64,000 nucleotides of DNA, from positions 4,008 to 68,007 of the forward strand of contig WGNB01000052.1 in assembly GCA_016124795.1 (NCBI GenBank). Direction: 5' to 3'. Within the stretch, counting starts at the first letter, position 1; every line of letters starts with the position of its first letter. Source of the DNA: Rhodopseudomonas sp. GTDB lineage: Bacteria > Pseudomonadota > Alphaproteobacteria > Rhizobiales > Xanthobacteraceae. The notes beneath the pieces are model-generated. The model saw nothing but the letters and a program-made list of their open reading frames with translations. It did not search any database and had not been told where the DNA came from. Made by a program: the position numbers and the translations under genes. Shown piece by piece: positions 62,170-64,000 of this stretch.

Positions 62170-62594
62170 GTCATTCCGGGGCTGGCCGAAGGCCAGAACC
62201 CGGAATCCGGCCAAGCCCTCGAAACGTATCTGGATTCCGGGTTCGCGCTATCGCGCGCCCCGGAATGACGATGGGGTGCCGGATGGAGCGTCAGCGAAAG
62301 CCGGGAGTAGCGTCGCCGTATCGCAATGTCGTCCCGGGTCGCACTTCGCTTCACCCGGGCTACGGGCTTGCTACTTGCTCCGTCATTCCGGGGCTGGCCG
62401 AAGGCCAGAACCCGGAATCCGGCCAAGCGCTCAATTGTCTCTGGATTCCGGGTTCGCGCTATCGCGCGCCCCGGAATGACGATGGGGTGCTGGATGGAGC
62501 GCAGCGAAATCCGGAGCCAGTCTCGCCGTATCGCAATGTCGTCCCGGGTCGCGCTTCGCTTCACCTGGGCTGCGAGCTTGCTCTACCCGATAGG
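62170..62594. repeat. Tandem duplication (2 x about 212 bp) of a composite REP-type unit
   Basis: The units start at 62170 and 62382. Each holds GTCATTCCGGGGctggccgaaggccagAACCCGGAATCC and its inverted partner GGATTCCGGGTTcgcgctatcgcgcgCCCCGGAATGAC. Each also holds a GTCCCGGGTCGCnCTTCGCTTCACCnGGGC module. Confidence 0.85.
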
Positions 62595-62597
62595 GCT

Positions 62598-63035
62598 TCA
62601 CTTCTTGCGCTTGGCGGCCTTTGCGACGTTCAACGCCGCGGCCGCACGGATCAGCGCCTTGAAGGCTTTCTCGTCAACCGTGTCGCCCTCTTGCAGATCG
62701 ATGGCGCGGCGCAGGTTGCCGTCGAGGCTCGCATTGAACAGGCCGGCCGGATCGTCGAGCGCCGCGCCCTGCGCGAAGGTCAGCTTCACTTTGTCTTTAT
62801 AGGTTTCGCCGGTGCAGAGAATGCCGGCGTGCTCCCAGACCGGAACGCCGGCCGGGTTCGAGGGTTTGCGCCACTTCACCGCTTCGACGACATCGGCGTC
62901 GGCCTGCCGGATCAACGCGCGCAGCCGCGCCAGCGTTTCGCCGCGCCAGTCGGCCAGCGCCGCGATTTTGGCGTCGATCAGGCGCGCCGGCGTGGCGTCG
63001 TCCTGGTTGTCGGGGGCTTTGCGGGCTCCGGCCAT
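62598..63035 (-). CDS. DUF1801-family (YdhG-like) protein
   Basis: VEAVKWRKPSNPAGVPVWEHAGILCTGETYKDKVKLTFAQGAAL is the typical DUF1801 pattern. Confidence 0.7.
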   Translation of the reverse strand: MAGARKAPDNQDDATPARLIDAKIAALADWRGETLARLRALIRQADADVVEAVKWRKPSNPAGVPVWEHAGILCTGETYKDKVKLTFAQGAALDDPAGLFNASLDGNLRRAIDLQEGDTVDEKAFKALIRAAAALNVAKAAKRKK

Positions 63036-63172
63036 GCTCGGGTGGTCTCGTTCGGGGCGACCGGTTTCGTCCGGCGGTTTATGCTGAGCGGATAACCGCG
63101 ACGCCAGTGTAATGGTTCAACGCCGTGGCGGAAAGCAAAGCCGGGTCGCACCGCGACAGGTTCGCCGGGGTA

Positions 63173-63201
63173 TTGACATTAATCCTATTACGGATTAAAT
63201 T
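63173..63201 (+). promoter_or_regulatory. sigma-70-like promoter with an embedded palindrome
   Basis: TTGACA (63173-63178), a 17-nt spacer, then TAAATT (63196-63201). The spacer and -10 hold the inverted repeat TTAATCC-tattac-GGATTAA. This is an AT-rich patch in GC-rich surroundings. Confidence 0.5.
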
Positions 63202-63207
63202 CCAATC

Positions 63208-63463
63208 CGTGTCCCGAGGGCCTGCCGGGTGCTTCTAGAACCCCCGGATGGCGAGACGGGACGCGGCGCGCCGACAATGCGCGTCCGGCATTCGAGGTCT
63301 CGCCGACGGCGAAGGCCTGAATGCGGTGGTGGAGCGCCGGGAGGCGCCGGGCCCTTTGCGTCAAAGGGCCCGCGCGTCTCGCCAGACGCGCGGGTGGGGG
63401 TGCGCCACCCCCGCCCCAAGGGGATCTCGCCAATCCCCTGGCGCCTCCCGGCGCTCCATTTTT
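63208..63463 (+). ncRNA. Candidate structured small RNA of about 255 nt (family unknown)
   Basis: It lies downstream of the promoter. An 8-bp hairpin pairs GGCGAGAC with GTCTCGCC (63250-63304). An 18-bp closing stem pairs GGAGCGCCGGGAGGCGCC (63331-63348) with GGCGCCTCCCGGCGCTCC (63440-63457). That stem encloses four back-to-back perfect hairpins and is followed by ATTTTT. Confidence 0.4.
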
Positions 63464-63606
63464 CGTCGCCGAGAAAGGAAAACGGGAAGGGCTCACCCCG
63501 GGCCCGACAAAGAACAGGGGCGATGACGCGCGCCTGCGTGTCTTTCCTTCGGCGACACGGGAGAGCGTCGAACGCGGCGTCGCGGTGCCGAAGATCGCCA
63601 CCGTCT

Positions 63607-63702
63607 TTCCGGGGCGCGCGAAAAGCGCGAACCCGGAATCCAGATAAGTCCTCATGCACCGCCGGATTCCGGGTCCACGCCTTCGGCGTGTCCCGGAATG
63701 AC
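63607..63702. repeat. REP-type palindromic elements (CCGGAATGAC family)
   Basis: TTCCGGGGcgcgcgaaaagcgcgAACCCGGAA and GGATTCCGGGTccacgccttcggcgtgTCCCGGAATGAC belong to the same family as the 62.17-62.59 kb units. Confidence 0.75.
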
Positions 63703-63710
63703 GGGGCCTG

Positions 63711-64000
63711 CTAGACCGCCAGATTATCGATCAACCGCGTCTTGCCGATCTTGGCCGCGACCAGAAGACGGATCGGACCGTCGCCACGGCTTTCGACCGG
63801 GGCCAGCGTGACGGCGTGGCGTGCTTCGAGATAGTCCACGGCGAAGCCGGCGTGACCGATCTCGGCGGCGCCTTCCTCCATCACCATGGCGATCGGTTCG
63901 CCCTGCTTGATCCGTGCCGCGCTCGCCTTGAGCACGCGATAAAGCGTCGGGGCGACGGCGCGGTCGGCGGCGGACAGATAGGCGTTCCGCGACGATAGCG
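63711..64000 (-). CDS. panC: Pantoate--beta-alanine ligase, 3' part (runs off the window)
   Basis: C-terminal sequence ...RNAYLSAADRAVAPTLYRVLKAS...AGFAVDYLEARHAVTL...LLVAAKIGKTRLIDNLAV. The frame stays open to the window edge. Confidence 0.8.
   Translation of the reverse strand, partial: LSSRNAYLSAADRAVAPTLYRVLKASAARIKQGEPIAMVMEEGAAEIGHAGFAVDYLEARHAVTLAPVESRGDGPIRLLVAAKIGKTRLIDNLAV

Noticed and set aside
62170-62594. Possible CRISPR array, because of regularly repeated palindromic sequence.
   Set aside because: There are only two units with a 212-bp period, and the whole unit is duplicated. There are no short repeats alternating with unique spacers, and no cas genes in the window.
63205-63600. 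Attempted identification of the structured region as RNase P RNA, two-piece tmRNA, 6S, SRP RNA, or a cobalamin, TPP, FMN, glycine or SAM-II riboswitch.
   Set aside because: The key consensus strings are absent: GAGGAAAGUCCGGGC for RNase P, an ANDN... tag reading frame and T-arm for tmRNA, and the B12 box GCCACUG. No plus-strand gene lies downstream for a riboswitch to control. It is kept only as an unknown candidate sRNA.
63188-63714. Five overlapping ORFs of 92-161 aa in several frames on both strands.
   Set aside because: Simultaneous openness of many frames is expected for GC-rich palindromic DNA. The translations are Arg/Pro/Gly-rich, the ORFs run through REP hairpins, and they lack RBSs.

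Overview
High-GC (about 65-70% by eye) chromosomal window with dense coding. Gene content and the CCGGAATGAC-type and GGTGGGC-type palindromic repeats suggest a Bradyrhizobiaceae/Nitrobacteraceae-like alphaproteobacterium; that placement is inference. About 60 CDS are supported.

Main blocks:
- 0.1-17 kb: type V secretion adhesin island. It holds a 1161-aa autotransporter, a LapG-type BTLCP lipoprotein protease, a TpsB transporter, a divergent AraC regulator, a secreted hypothetical protein, and a 2661-aa TpsA with GLUG and MBG/YDG repeats and an unassigned C-terminal domain.
- 17-22 kb: NitT/TauT-type ABC importer, alpha/beta hydrolase, LysR regulator and a DUF3830 protein.
- 22-30 kb: two polysaccharide deacetylases, mgtE, a GGDEF-EAL protein and an animal-haem-peroxidase-family protein.
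- 30-41 kb: housekeeping genes, including ivd, FTR1 plus cupredoxin, two aldo/keto reductases, queC plus a VUT transporter, an RraA-like protein, YdcF, DUF599, rhodanese and GST.
- 41-44.5 kb: NEW3-domain protein with an ABC-2 exporter.
- 44.5-46 kb: stress islet (csbD and two secreted low-complexity proteins) carrying sigma-EcfG-type promoter motifs.
- 46-62 kb: mccB and mccA, separated by about 12 kb of unrelated genes. That stretch includes a sharply low-GC single-gene insertion encoding an HNH-like protein at 47.65-48.53 kb.
- 62-64 kb: composite REP-type tandem repeats, a promoter-plus-terminator-bounded, heavily structured candidate sRNA (63.2-63.47 kb), and the 3' end of panC.

No rRNA, tRNA, CRISPR array, transposase or integrase was seen. 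All family assignments come from motifs read by eye and need HMM/BLAST confirmation.
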